This document shows positions 23,901-36,439 of a stretch of 64,000 nucleotides of DNA, one piece after another. A program made the position numbers and the translations under genes. The notes beneath the pieces are model-generated. The model ran no database searches. It saw only the letters and a program-made list of their open reading frames with translations, and was not told the origin of the DNA. The number at the start of each line of letters is the position of its first letter. The first letter of the stretch is position 1. Source of the stretch: Mytilus californianus (Eukaryota); contig NW_026262581.1 in the NCBI RefSeq assembly GCF_021869535.1, positions 30,566,001 through 30,630,000 of the forward strand. The letters run 5' to 3'.

Positions 23901-26254
23901 AACGTATAAAAGCAAACATAAATTAAGAGTTTTCTGTCCTTCGTTCGACTTCCAATAACCTGTTATTTTAATTTGTTGTAGATTTGAGGGATTTAGTATA
24001 TGACTATAACTGAATGGTACCAGTGAAAATGTTTGATTCGAAACATTGATTTGTATTTGAAGTTGTAAGTCAGCTTTACGGAATGAAGCATTGCAAATTC
24101 AAACAGTAAAAGCATAATAATTGTCCGATTTACGGAAAGATGAATAAAATAATCAACATTACAAATTTCTACAATGCGCTTGTTTTGCTCCCGGAATCCG
24201 GAAAGAAAAAAGCCATTTTAATTATCAGTCATCTGAGTCAGTCATCAATAAAAGGGATTACCATTTGATTTGCTGGGGTGCAGGATTTTGAAAATGAATA
24301 TCCTGGCCTGGTAAGAGATGAAAATAAATGATTTTGCCAAAGACAGGATGAAAACCTTCAGTCTGCAACACAAAAAGCAGGAATAAAAATCCTTCTCCCC
24401 CATCCTGGAACACCAAAAGGAAAACTTTGTTGACTTTATAAAAGATTTTGTACTGCATCATCCTAGAAATATGTGGAAAGATTTATTCTCAATTTGTTTT
24501 CTATTAACATTTACTGCAGATTTTGAAATTTATAAGGGAAAAGAAAGCATGTGATGTAGCACATTTTCAATTCCACATTGAAAGAGTCATTCTTTTAAGA
24601 CAAAAACAAAAAATATTTGCCCGCATTTACTAACTTGAAGAAGAGACAAACAAACAAAAGTCTTTATAATTGATGGTACATATTGTTTGCCTCTAGACGA
24701 TTAGCGAGTCAATTGATATGAAACTCCTTAAGACAAGGGAAAGTATAATGTTTTATTCCATTACCTATTCTTTTTAACTTCCTGAAAACACACGAGTATG
24801 AGATGTATCGAAGGAGATGGGAGATATTTCAATGGGGTATCAATCTAACAACACAATAAAACGAAAGAAAACATAGAAAACATCCCAAACTACAGATTGG
24901 AAAATAAAAGTTACAAGGAGGCAAATATCCCTACCATTTTACTTATTTCCATTCAATCAAAATGTAATGCCGCGCTGAATGTTGTTAAGGATTTTTTAAA
25001 TGTTGTTGTTAAGGTTTCTTTATAGAAATCGCAAATTTTCATGTTTTGAAAAGATTTACTTCCGACTAAATTGCGGTTTGGGGCTTCCGACGTTTATTTA
25101 AGTAAAGATTGAGTTGAAAGGCTTTTTTTAAATGACCCTGGTCTGAAACAAATTCAGAGAAAGTTGACCATAAACGTCTTTCAGCTAATATTAACTTGCT
25201 GTAAAACAGTAGTTCGGTCTCATTTATTATATCAATTAATTTTATATTTTGTAAAAGCCAAAATAAAAATTAAGAAATGCATAAATTTAAGACAATAAGA
25301 CATATCTGATTTATTCCATAGGTCCTTGGGGACAGGGCACAATTTTTTAGCCCTCCTCCTTTTTTCTAAAAACCGTAATTTTTTTGTATATCTTATTGTA
25401 TTATCAATATAGATCAATATATATTATCAGTGACCGCTGTGGATAGTAAACTAGGAATTGATAGAACATAGTAAATACATGTCATTTCTACTATATTTGT
25501 GTTATCGTAGCACAGAATAAACGCGAAAGTTATTGAAAATAAAAGAAAAACCAAAAAAGAAAAAAAGAAACCGGATATTAGGAAAAAAAAGGGGGGGGGG
25601 GGGGGGGTAAAAAATGTCCTGTTCCCAAGTACCTATGGTTTCAACGGGTCGAATGAAGATTATTTTTAATTTGTGGCTTATACCTGCAAACGTTTTCTTT
25701 TTAAATGCAAAAGAAGTAAATTAAAAACATGTGGGAATGTCAATTCTTCTAGTAAGAGATAAAAAGATAATAAGTAGATACCGTGGGAGCAATCAAAACT
25801 TATTAGAAATTTACTGGCAGTTTTGTTGACCTATATAGCAAACATTTATTTTAAGGAATTATGTCTTTTAAACTGTCACAGACATTTATAACTTAGTTTG
25901 AATTATGAGACAAACACATTTTCTCAAATCATTTTTCAAAATCTCTTTTATGCATATCAAGCGGCCAAAAAAGTGCTTTTCCCCCCTTTAATTGCGATTT
26001 CTCTTTCGTGATCCGTTCCAAATAATTTTGTTTAAAATTATTTGTTATTGCTTTGAACATTCTGTTTTAATGATGTAAAATATTTGTTCTCGCCCTAAAT
26101 GTGCATGAAATAATTTAGCATAGGCGTTTTAAATACGACTATAATAAACCTATTTTAATGTACGACAGTGTAATTATACAGGTATATTCAAAACTAGCTC
26201 TGCATCATTCCAGAAAGAAAATGAATATTCACTACAGGACATTTATATCAATGA

Positions 26255-26982
26255 TTTTTATACGCCCGTTTACGGGACGTATTATGGTATACCGTTGTCC
26301 GTCTGTCCGTCCGTCCGTCGGACAATAACTCAAAAACGCTTTAACCAATTTGCACGAAACTTTGGTGAGTTGTTTATATCTATTGACGTGAGCTCCCTTT
26401 TGATTTTTATAAATTTTGGATTTCACGTTTCCGAGTTATGGGGTTTTATTAATTAAAAAGGGGTATTTTCCAGTTTTCGGACAATAACTCAAAAACAATT
26501 TGAGCAGTTTTCATGAAACTTTGGTGAATTGTTCACATCTATTGACGTGACCTCCCTTTCGATTTTTATAAATTTTAGATTCTACGTTTCCGAGATATGG
26601 GGTTTTATTAATTAAAAAAGGGGTATTTTCCAGTTTTCGGACAATAACTCAAAAACACTTTGAGCAGTTTTCATGAAACTTTGGTGAATTGTTCACATCC
26701 ATTGACGTGATCTCCCTTTCGATTTTTATAAATTTTAGATCCTACGTTTCCGAGATATGGGGTTTTATTCATTAAAAAAGAGGGATTTTTTCCAGATTAC
26801 GGACAATAACTCAAAAGTGCTTTGAGCAGTTTTCATAAAACTTTGGTGACTGGTTTATATCTATTAAAATAACCTACCTTTAGTTTTTTTTTATAAATTT
26901 CTGATATGACATTGGGGAGTTATGGAACTTTATTCTTTGAAAAAAGCAACGGGCGTATCATGCGCTCATGACGCAGCTCTTT
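26255..26982 (+). mobile_element. HINE / DINE-1-like non-autonomous Helentron with ~3.7 internal ~160-bp tandem cores
   Basis: 5' T-run, subTIR tacgcccgt within a hairpin (acggg-a-cgta), then a (GTCC)n microsatellite. Cores start with ggacaataactc at 26320, 26479, 26639 and 26801. The 3' end has subTIR acgggcgta, a short hairpin and TT. Confidence 0.85.
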
Positions 26983-27574
26983 ATCTTTATTTAAATCTAA
27001 TTCTACATATATGAAGTATATTTTATGTGTAAATAAAAAGTCCTCTTACTTAGGTGTGCTAGGAGAACATGGTATATTTCCCAGGGGCGTAGCTGGACTT
27101 AATTTGAAGTGCAATCATAACTATCGCCAGCGGAGCGAGGCGAAAATTTTTTTTGGACCATTTTATGCAGAAAATGATAACTTTTTTCGGGCATTTTCCA
27201 GGTATGCCATCATATAAAATTCCTTCACGCCCAAACTCCTATTTTGTGAATACTTGTGGACTTTATAGTGATTCTGCAAGGGAGGAGACTATGGACCGCT
27301 CAAAGTCCCCAGCTGGTCCAAGGTAGCACCCTAGTCGGGGATCCATGCAGGGTAGCATCGTAGACGGTGGTCCAGGGAAGCGAATCCCCATGAAGCTCCG
27401 GGCATATGAGTAATTACAGTGACTGCATTGAACATGAAAAATACCCTATCTGTTTCTTACTACTAGTATATCATATTTGCATGAAACGATAGTAAAAGTC
27501 AGGGAGTTCCGTAATTTGCTGCTTATATTATTAACATGGTTATTTTCAAATATAAAATAAATTTTATAAAACGG

Positions 27575-27900
27575 GATGATCAGGAAGAGTAGACAACCGA
27601 AGCGTTAAAAGCCAATGGACAATTGACAAACCCGGGAACAGATAAGACACAAAAGGAGAAACAAAAGCATTCAACATTGAAAACTAAATACAGATGAAAA
27701 ACACGGACCCAGAAAATAATGTGGCGACCTCCGGTGCTCCGGAAGGGTAAGCAGTTCCTGCTTCTTGCAAGACACCCCGTAGTGTTTCTCACGAAGGTCA
27801 TTCTCAAATCAAAGGAGAGGTTTCTACGACAACAGTAGAAGGTCATTTGGGACACAGATACCCCAGGTGACCGTCTTTTGGACGAACGGACAATGGGAAT
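27575..27900 (-). mobile_element. Unclassified interspersed repeat nested inside the hAT element (possibly the 3' end of an RT element)
   Basis: Minus strand gcaggaactgcttacccttccggagcacc, preceded by a frame ending GVSVSQMT. I recall both from abundant Mytilus repeats but did not verify this. Confidence 0.4.
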
Positions 27901-28063
27901 ACGAAATCTAACGGCCACTTTTAAGTCTTGACTTATAAGTAAGGGATATAAATCTAAGATGTTTTCAAGGTAATTGTATTGAGCCTGTATCATTAAATGT
28001 TAATACTGAATAAAGTATAGTTAATATCGAAAGTCCATATATTTATTTTTTTGCCAAGGCAAA

Positions 28064-28310
28064 TTATCGCAGAACTCTCTCGGTGTTGATATCCATTTCT
28101 TTGTGAACATGTATGAGCGCCAACGAAGATAGTCTGTCCTGTATCATGGTTGAACGGAGATACGTTTTCGGTCGCCGTAATGCACTAAATGACCGTTCAG
28201 TAGTTGATGTGGTTACTGGCATTGTAACTAGAATTGAGAAGATTGCGAATATTGAAGGATATAGTTCCTTATTAGTCACTGCTAGAGACGACATTAGAGA
28301 TTTTGGCTTT
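28064..28310 (-). pseudogene. hAT transposase C-terminal dimerisation-domain fragment (ZMYM1/THAP12-like)
   Basis: LYPSIFAIFSILVTMPVTTSTTERSFSALRRPKTYLRSTMIQDRLSSLALIHVHKEMDIN matches the P-x-T-x3-ERSFS-x-L-x-R-x-KT-x-LRSTM-x2-RL motif. Confidence 0.9.
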
Positions 28311-29759
28311 AAACACCGCCCGACACGATAATCTGTAAAGACTAAAGACTATCCGTAATTCAATTTCAGAATATTTTTTTTGTGAAAAAAATGTGCAAGC
28401 AAATGATTTTTTGCGTAAAGGCAGCTACGCGCCTGTTTCCGTTATATTTTTCAGTTGTATTAATATGATATATTATCAATGGTGAATTGGTTTAGAATAA
28501 AAAATATGGAACATGGTAAACTGTATAATACCTATATGTGTAACAAATAAAAAACATGTTTTCAGATGATATTGAATTCGTCCATACATTATATTTTTTA
28601 AAAGCTGAGTATTCAAAATTCAGATGTAAAGCTTAACTTTTCTATCAAGTCAGTTATACAAAATCTTAGTAAGAGTTTTATAAGATTTTGGAACACAAAA
28701 GGAGCAGATATATAAGATAATTATTTCAAAGTAAAAACTTGTTTTTCCAAAGAAATTGATCTGTCTTTAAATAATTTTCAATTGAAAAGTGCCATATGTG
28801 AAACGAGAATCAGCGTCCGTGATCTCAGTCTGATATCCAGTTGAAATTCAACAGAGAACTGGAACTCTTTATTAGAGAAGGTAAAAATGACCAAGTTGGT
28901 ATTTTTGAATTGTTTACATCTGTTTCTATGGCCTCTAAAAGTTTAATACAGTACTGGTGTATTATTTAAGATTTTTGTGCATCTTATACACGTGTTTATA
29001 TTTAAATTACGGTATGGAACTAAGAGATATTTTTTAACTTTTAAATTTACGACAAATTTTCACAAAGCAGTCGATTATGGTAGGTGTAAACAAATTTGAA
29101 TCTTTTTTTATGCATATTAAAGCATAAAATCCACAGAATGACGAAAGATTGATCTTTTTAAAGTATTACTTTGCATTTGTAGAATTTGGTTGAAAATGAA
29201 CAACATTTCATTATATAGTTGTCCATCATACAATGATGACCGAAAGATATTTTTCAAAGAGATAAACAATATTTGCCACTACTTTTCAGATCTCTCAAAA
29301 TGAGGCAAAATTTGTTTGTTATTTACTAATGAAAATTTGTCTGTCCTTAAATGTTGAGGGAATTATATTATTAAATGTCTAGATGTTAGTCGAAATGGAT
29401 ATAATAAGAAACTTACTAACGATGATTACATTGTAACTGATTTTATGGTTCTGATCCTGCCTCGAATAAAATGTACATGATTTGCATGAGATAAAGAAAT
29501 ATATGTCGGTTTATGATTTTATGAACATTTATATGTCATTTCAATGTAAAAATGTTTTAAGAAATCATTGTATAATATTTTGTATGTGAATGTCATGCTG
29601 CCCATCAATGGTCCAATTCACATTCTTTTTCTTATGATTCTTCAAATTTAACAAAAAAGGTGAATATGCTAAACATTTCTTGAATAGCTAAGTTTAACTA
29701 TAAAACAAGGGTACAAAGGCTTTCTTAAAGAAAATCCTTTGTTTTATCCAAATCCTCAG

Positions 29760-31130
29760 AAATGTACTGCTATTGAATTATTGTCTTCCCGTTCTATACT
29801 TCGCCATTGACGTGTGTAGTGACCTTAACCATGACACCTCTCGATAGAAATTCGACAATTCCACAGTACAAGAGCGAAGTGAAAATCCGTGATGGAAGAA
29901 CAAATTTTAAAGAATGTGAACGGATAATTTATGGATCTTTACTTAACGCCCAGTGGCAAATATTTCATACATGTAAAATATCAAATCATTTAATAACTGG
30001 AATATGGAAAAGTTGAATTAAAAAATGGAAACGCAAGAAAATATAAAGTAAATACATTTAAAACATCGCTCAATCATATCCCTTTTTAAAGACATGCTCC
30101 ATGATTATATTTATATTTGTTGTTGTTGATCAAGGTCACGATCAGTAAACTTCCGGTTACTAAAACCCAAAGTTAATTAGTAGCCAAAGTTTTCGATCAA
30201 CAATCAACGAATAAATAAATTATTGTCGATTATACGTTATGGATTCGTAATAAATGATAAAAAATAAAACGTGAATGAAGACTTGGTTTAGTATACATGC
30301 ATTGGTTCAATATTTCCCTAAACATTATAATCACAAGAAACTCGTTTCATAAGACTTTAAGCAAACAGCAAACAATCGAGCATTTTACATAAATGCATTA
30401 TAAAAAGTAGACCTGTTAAACCTTGATGTTAAAAAAGTCATATGAAACTTCACTTAAAAAAAATTGAATATGTTTCAATACTTGTACTATAATACAAGTG
30501 TACGTGATCTTTCTTGTAAAAAATCCTTTATATTATCAAAATCTTCATACATTTACTGCTTTTGAATTATTGTCTTCCCGTACACTAATTTGCCAATATT
30601 TTCCCGTATGCAGTGACCTTAACTACGAGACCTCTCGTTAGAACTTCAGCCACTGCACAGCGTAGGTGCGAGGAGTAACCCGTGATGAAAGAATGTAAAC
30701 AAACGTGCACTGGTAAGTAACAGTATAATAAATGATTCTTAAAGAACAAATTGAATTCACCAAATCATTTAACAACTATTAAGGAAAGGTTTAATAAACA
30801 AATGGGAACGCATGGACAATATAATTTTTGTTTTATCACGGCCCTATATATCAATTCACTTATTTTTCACATGCTTAACATGCTCTGTGTTGAATGTCAT
30901 GTCCCAATGCGGTAAAATTCGGCTACAAACTCGAAAGTTAATTAGCTTGCGATCAACAAGCAAAAAGTACTGAATGAAGTATAATTTGTTAATTAAATAC
31001 GTTATAGATTCGTAATGCATGTAAAAAAAAACGTGCATACAGGACTTAGTTTAGTATATGTGCATGCTTTGGTTCAATAAATTCGATAACATTATAATTA
31101 CACCAAACTCGCTTCATATGACTTTAATGA
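29760..31130. repeat. Old two-copy tandem duplication, period ~760-790 bp, with patchy conservation
   Basis: Shared colinear blocks: ttgaattattgtcttcccgt, agtgaccttaac..gacacctctcg.taga, ccgtgatg.aagaa, aaatcattta, aagttaattag, tacgttat.gattcgtaat, gactt.gtttagtata, ttggttcaata, aaactcg.ttcata.gactttaa. Confidence 0.85.
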
Positions 31131-31440
31131 TGCATCATTAAAATCTTAAGCATTTCATACTGTATATAAATTATGTATATATCATATTGCTTTTTAAGTA
31201 TTTTAATATCACATATATAGGTATTGCAGAGCATAGTTACCACAATTTACGTAATGTTGATCATGTTAGAAAAAGCTTTTTATTCTAAGAGGCACATTAG
31301 TAAAATTAAGTTTGCTTGTTTCTGAATCCTATTCATTAATTTACATGTTCATGTATTATATTGTGTGATGCTAAATCAAATTAATATAAATAAGAAGATG
31401 TGGTATGAGAGCAAAAACTGTTTTTACTAACATACTGGCA

Positions 31441-31626
31441 TTAGTCTCTGATGCATGATTTTTTATTATTAATTGCTTTGGCTTTTAACTAGCTGTCAGT
31501 AACTGCGAGTACTCTCAAATCGTACTTTCTTTTTAATTTGACCTGTTGATACTATTTGTAATGCCTGTTTGTTATTTAATGTTAACATGGATCTTGTCTA
31601 TATACCAGCTTTGATTATTTGGTATT
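31441..31626 (+). mobile_element. Dispersed repeat with an inverted copy at 41849-42043
   Basis: ttttaactagctgtcagtaactgcgagtactctcaaatcgtactttctt (~31484-31532) is the exact reverse complement of aagaaagtacgatttgagagtactcgcagttactgacagctagttaaaa (~41952-42000). The flanks also align. Confidence 0.85.
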
Positions 31627-31668
31627 TAATTACTACAAATTTTCACTTCTTCGTACTATGAACATCAC

Positions 31669-32076
31669 AATTATTTCATTTTTCCTTAGATGCTGTTCTT
31701 GGACCTGTACAGGAAGTTTTATCTAGCACTAATTGTATATTTGTATTGTTGATATTCACCCCATATGTACCAAGTGTTAGATTAGTTTTATTGATATTAA
31801 AGAAATTTCTTGGTATTCCTAAACGGAAGATGTTATACACACAGAAGAAGAAGTATACTTAACAACAAAATTATTTCATTTTTCCTTAGATGCTGTTCTT
31901 GGACCGGTACAGGAAGTTTTATCTAGCACTAATTGTATATTTGTATTGTTGATATTCACCCCATATGTACCAAGTGTTAGATTAGTTTTATTGATATTAA
32001 AGAAATTTCTTGGTATTCCTAAACGGAAGATTTTATACACACAGAAGAAGAAGTATACTTAACAACAAAATTATTT
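31669..32076. repeat. Recent 200-bp tandem duplication
   Basis: ttatttcatt at 31671 and 31871, ttattt again at 32071. Only 2 differences seen (gacctg/gaccgg and gatgtt/gatttt). Confidence 0.96.
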
Positions 32077-33712
32077 ACCTGTGTATAATATGACGCAGGT
32101 TTCTTCAAAAGTGATGATTTTCTATAAATTGTTTGAAATTTTACAGTGATATCATACGTTAACTTTGTTTAAACCTGTTTATTTACTTTTGACTTTAAAT
32201 TTATCCCTTGTATTTTTTTATTAACTGTGTATTTGCATTCAGGTGTCACAGGTCTCATTGGCACTCATACCACATCTTCCTATATCTATGGCATGTCTAA
32301 TTATATAATTGTAATTACTAGTACTTCGTGATGTAGAAAGATGTCCCGGCATTATTGGGTTTGCATTAAATTCGACCTTGTACAAAAAAGTATCATGTGA
32401 ATTATTGATGCTGTACTGTTTTTGGTATAGCTGCGTACTACGACGTCGACGTATATATAAGTCTTATTGGACAATACATTTAAAAAAATTAAACATCAAA
32501 TTCCTTGTTCTTTGAATTCACCGTGAATATCATGTCCAGTGAACAGCGAAACCCGGGTCAAAACACTAATTTGCCATGCATTTCAAGGTATTGGGAAACA
32601 TACGTTTGCGCCAAAAAAATCGTCATCTTGCGCCACAACTCGTTTGCGCCACTAGTTTTCAAAATACCTAGTATCATTTGCGCCAAAAAATTAAGCATAT
32701 GATTATGCCAATTTAAAAAAAAAAAGCAAAAGTTTCCTCCTCCTTTATTCGATTTTAGGACTGACATTTTACACTGTTGGAGTTAAGTCATTTAAAAGCA
32801 CATTTGAAACATCAAAATATTGACAGTCAGACAACATAATTATATATTAAAGGCTGAAATTTGTAACTCAAGACACAAACATAATCTCTACAGCTGAATT
32901 CTTCTCTCGTATAATTCTGATACTTTTTAACGGCGATTTCCTTTTCTGATATATGCCTAGTTGGATTAATACTATTGCACAATTGTAAAATTCATGAGTA
33001 CAAGGGAAAAGTCTGTGTATTTTCTATGAAATTGTCATATGTTTAGCATTGATACAACAAAAGGATAAATCCTTAACACATTTACATCTTATTAAGACGT
33101 GTATAGTTAGTTTAAATCAAGTTGCTGTGACCCTCGTGTGATGTGACCGGACGTATGCACATACTGGAAAACATTATGCCTCCTTCTGTACATGTCGTAG
33201 GTAACTAAACTCTGTGACTAGGATGTACAAGGAAAATCTTGATTAAACTTGACAAGATTTGATTAAATGCGTCTTCTTTTGTAATTTTATTGATTTGTAA
33301 AAGCATTAATTGTCCATGCTAAAATTACTAAAATGAAGTGCTTCTGTCAATGCTTTTTATACCACAATAGAATATTTAATATTATAATCTAGAGAACAGA
33401 TTCTTGGCGGGAATTTATGAGATATTAACATGCGGGTAATCATTTTCTCTGAATGATTATCTTCGTTATTTTTTTCAAATTGTTAAATATAAACCCATTG
33501 GTGGCCTTCGGCTGTTTTCTGCTCTTTGGTCTGGTTGTTGTCTCTTTGATACATTCCCAATTTCCATTCTCAATTTTATTGATATTTAATTTCTACGATG
33601 ACTTCGTATTTTTTTATTGAAAGAAAGACAACTCTGTCAGAATTACTAACATTTTTATCTTCGGATTTTAGAATTAAGCTCTAGGAGGGTGACTAGCATT
33701 TTTTTTTAAATG

Positions 33713-33897
33713 CAGGGGCGGATTCAGGCGGGGGCATGGCAGGCGTGCGCCCCTCCTAAAATTTGCAAAGCATGGGTTGTCCTCAGCTTAATAAAGAATA
33801 TTTCGATAATTTTACCTCAAAAATATTTTCGCCTCGCTCTGTTCGGCGAAAATTTAAGTTTGCGCCCCCCTAAACTAAAATCCTGGATCCGCACCTG
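33713..33897. mobile_element. 185-bp hAT-type MITE with a 5-bp TSD (AAATG)
   Basis: TIRs CAGGGGCGGATTCAGG and CCTGGATCCGCACCTG. aaatg occurs at 33708-33712 and 33898-33902. Confidence 0.85.
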
Positions 33898-35730
33898 AAA
33901 TGTAACTTTCCAAAAGTTTGATAATATTTTTCCTTCGAACTTGCATACCTAAGCAAAAAGTTGCACATCAGGGGCAATGTTACAAATTTGTTAACAAGTA
34001 CATGTAAAAGATAATGCAGTGAATCTAATATTTAAGCTAGTGGTCAGGTGTTCTATTCATTATTATAAACAACATATTTTAAGTATGAAAAGATATCATT
34101 TTGGTCAAGGATCTTTTATTTGTATTTGAGTGAATGGCACTGCTAAGGACACTATTGAATGGCTATTGTGGTCATAGAATGTACCGTCCTTGTTTAGGTT
34201 GATTGTGAAATACATATTTTCTATGGAGACCTTATGAGCAACTTTTTATGCAATAAGATAAAATTCTGGGAAAACAAATCCAGAGTTCGTATAACAAAGA
34301 GAAACAAATGGGATATAAATGCAGCAACCAAATATATTATGAAATTTTGATTTTTATCATTTATTGTTGAAGCTTTAAAGAACTTAAACGCACTTTAAGC
34401 ACTGTTTAGAGTCCAGAACATTTCCTTGTATAGTCGATGTAAAAGAGGTAGGGCCAATTTCCCCTGAAATTTTTTCACAGAATGGCCAATTTCAAAAAGT
34501 GCTGAAAGAATAAAATTTACGATAAAAACATGAAATAAAAATGTTTTTTTGTCAATATCTCGATTTTTATGTATTATGTTATGACTGGAAAATATTTAAT
34601 TTAACCTCCAAAAAAGGATGAAAGTCAAATATGCGGAATTTACCGTGTTTTTAGGTTGGAAAAACAGGGAATCCCCCTAGAAGGACACTTCAAACCAAAA
34701 CAAAGTTATGTTTTTTGTTGTTGTTGTAATCTATACAACTTTTCCCCTCAAAAATGAAATTGGTTTAGTGTGTCCAAAAATGAAATTGGTTTAGTGTGTC
34801 CTTAATACCTAAAAAAACAACTTTTTTAATAAAAAGTGGAACATCACTAAATTTTACCTATATAGCTGCTTGATATCGATTCAAGAGTCGCCGTGGCTCC
34901 ATCGGTAGCGCTTAAAACTGTAAATAATGGATTGTTTTTAAGATGGGGTTCAAATCTCACTCTAATTTTTCTGATTTTTTATGTTGAAATATTAAAATGT
35001 TATGTTTCTATCACATTTTTTCGGATGTTTGTTTAATTCAAAGAATCACACTGAAGTAGGTGCTTGTACATAACCAATAACACGAGAATGGATTATATAG
35101 CAATGAAGCCCAAATGTTGTGTGTGTTATACACATAACGAAAAAAGGCCATAGCATAAAAATTTCAAAACAACAATTTTTTTTTTCTTCTAAATCTTGAA
35201 CAAGAATGTTTTAGAAAATGGTATGATATGTAACAAATGCAGACAGTAATTTTATCGCCAATCCACCAACTGTGTAGATACTAGTACTGGCATTGTTACA
35301 TTGTCCCTACACCGGAACCTAAGTCATAAGAAAATGTAAAAAAACACCACAGAAAAAATCAATTACACTACCAATTGTGACTATAGGTAAAACATCAAGA
35401 AAGTGTTGAATCTGTTTCACAACATAGGGTCGATCCATTTGGTACAATGCCATGCAGAAAAGACCAGATTGCATGTGTTTGTTACGCAAGCCGTTCTAGT
35501 ACCAACTGGTGTAAGCTGTTGTCTGGTTCATTTTGACGGTAAACCTTAAAAGCTGGAACAGTGTATAGATATAGATACATCCAGACTGAGCAAAACAACA
35601 TCCCAGTTAAATGCGTCCTATATTTTTTGGCGTCTTGGCATTAAAACAGAGACCGATCTTGAATCAGATTAGCTGATTTATATCAGATAATTAGATTATT
35701 AAATGTTTCTTGTATTTATATTTAACCCCC

Positions 35731-35995
35731 TTTTTTAGGCGCCACTTAGGGGCATTCAGTTTTTCGGTCCCTTCGTTCGTCCGTCTGTCCCGTTTCAGGT
35801 TAAAGTTTTTGGTCAAGGTAGTTTTCCATGAAGTGGAAGTCCAACCAACTTGAAACTTAGTACACATGATCCCTATGATATGATCTTTCTCATTTTAATG
35901 CTAAATTACAGTTTTTATACCAATTTCATGGTTCACTGAACATAGAAAATGATAGTACGAGTGGGGCATCCGTGTACTATGGACACATTCTTGTT
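35731..35995 (+). mobile_element. HINE / Helentron-derived element with one core
   Basis: Degenerate 5' subTIR/hairpin (ggggcatt), ttcgttcgtccgtctgtcc microsatellite, core with gaaacttagtacac, and 3' ggggcatc plus a gtgtac-tat-ggacac hairpin and ttgttt. Confidence 0.7.
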
Positions 35996-36439
35996 TAATA
36001 TTTTGTTAGTTTAAAGTTAAACAAAGCTGTGAAATACATATACGCTACAAATCACCTACCAACATTAACACGCTAACTGAAGCACCATGTTTTTTTTAAA
36101 TACAAAACTAATTTTGAATATCTATTAGTTGATAATTCATATTTTAATGCTCCTCAGGGGCATTAACAAACAAAATCAATAATGGTTTTGATAAACAAAA
36201 AAAAATCAATTGTCTTGGCCTTGATTATTGTAGGAATACCTGTTCAAGGTATGAAAATAGATGATGTGACGTGTTTTCATATACTATAATTAGTATCTAT
36301 CGGGCTATTTGAATTGAATGAATGAATGAATACTTTATTTGCAAGAAGCATATACATGCTATGGCAAACGAAAAAATATATACAATATATGACAAACAAA
36401 AGACAGCAGAGAACAGTAGTTACAAAGTATACAATAATA

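Larger units (their letters stand above)
27082..28435 (-). mobile_element. Internally deleted hAT DNA transposon with a 5-bp flanking duplication (TTTCC)
   Basis: TIRs CAGGGGCGTAGCTG (27082) and CAGCTACGCGCCTG (ends 28435), 13/14 match. A transposase C-terminal relic lies inside. tttcc occurs at both 27077-27081 and 28436-28440. Confidence 0.85.

Noticed and set aside
24258-24560. Exon-like GC-richer patch with splice signals on both strands, including an in-frame TGA (FCVAD*RF) considered as selenocysteine
   Set aside because: No frame matches a known family or selenoprotein motif, no SECIS was seen and the signals conflict between strands.
34682-34805. Short Kolobok-like MITE (aggacac...gtgtcc-ttaa)
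   Set aside because: The left flank is not TTAA and the TIR match is short. Only a 25-bp local tandem duplication is certain.
34887-34962. tRNA-Tyr-like sequence (A-box-like gtggctccatcgg, ctgtaaa, B-box-like ggttcaaatc)
   Set aside because: The acceptor, D and T stems do not pair properly. At most it is a decayed SINE head or pseudo-tRNA.
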